Shown piece by piece: positions 63,561 through 64,000 of a stretch of 64,000 bases of DNA. Numbering within the stretch: the stretch's first letter is position 1; each line of letters starts with the position of its first letter. Below the pieces are notes generated by a model that was not told the DNA's origin, searched no databases, and saw only the letters and a list, made by a program, of their open reading frames with translations. Where the stretch lies: the NCBI RefSeq assembly GCF_030684315.1, contig NC_081385.1, forward strand, positions 12,806,606 to 12,870,605, given 5' to 3'. Source of the stretch: Stegostoma tigrinum (lineage: Eukaryota). Both the position numbers and the translations under genes were made by a program.

Positions 63561-64000
63561 TGTAAGTAATTGAAAATATAGGAGACAACGTTCAGTGTTC
63601 AGTGCAGGCCATTCAGTATCTAAAAAACAGTGTAGTGGAGACAATTTCAGACACTGACTAGACGCTGTGTTTTATTAATTCATTTTCTATTTTAATTTGG
63701 ACATACGTAATTTTATTTATTATTTGCATCATCGCAGATTGTTATGTCCTGATACTCTCACCTTTTGGATAAATAAGCATGTGTGCTTTCATGTTGTCTT
63801 GCCTAAACCTAGTTGTTGAACCCAACCACAGACCTTTAAAATTCAGCATCTCTTGCTCCTGACTGGTGTTTGTGGAATCTGAAAAGCAAAAACTCACCTG
63901 TGGGTGGTGCTATTTACATAAATGTTGCACTCAGCAGTGCCATCAGCAGGTAATTGACAGTACTTCAGTTATTTGGAGGTTTGGCTTCACCAGCTTGTCA

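Noticed and set aside
59173-64000. TIMM8B/SDHD, which follow NKAPD1 in mammals
   Set aside because: No twin CX3C TIMM8B-like or SDHD-like coding exon is recognisable; they may lie beyond the window.

Overview
This is eukaryotic, vertebrate genomic DNA, almost certainly from a shark or other elasmobranch (HE1-type SINEs, HER1/CR1 LINEs, abundant Penelope-like elements). It carries the conserved vertebrate block DIXDC1 (last two coding exons, +), DLAT (14 coding exons, +, 622 aa), PIH1D2 (4 coding exons, -, 325 aa) and NKAPD1/C11orf57 (5 coding exons, +, 305 aa). PIH1D2 and NKAPD1 sit head-to-head on a CpG-island promoter containing an RFX X-box. All exon boundaries were derived by hand and the phases are consistent; DLAT intron 9 has a GC donor. 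Introns are rich in CR1/L2 LINE fragments, SINEs and a pogo/Tigger remnant. The most striking non-gene structure is in the last NKAPD1 intron (52.9-56.9 kb): a Neptune-type Penelope element folded back as a ~1.26 kb near-perfect inverted repeat, nested with a 14-bp TSD inside a Poseidon-type Penelope element that has its own 13-bp TSD and inverted terminus. Together they hold four minimal hammerhead-ribozyme motifs, and each sense copy is preceded by its own antisense copy. Many short fold-back, hammerhead-bearing Penelope derivatives, several with 13-14 bp TSDs, are scattered across the window. I found no prokaryotic-type system; family names come from recalled consensus features, not database searches.
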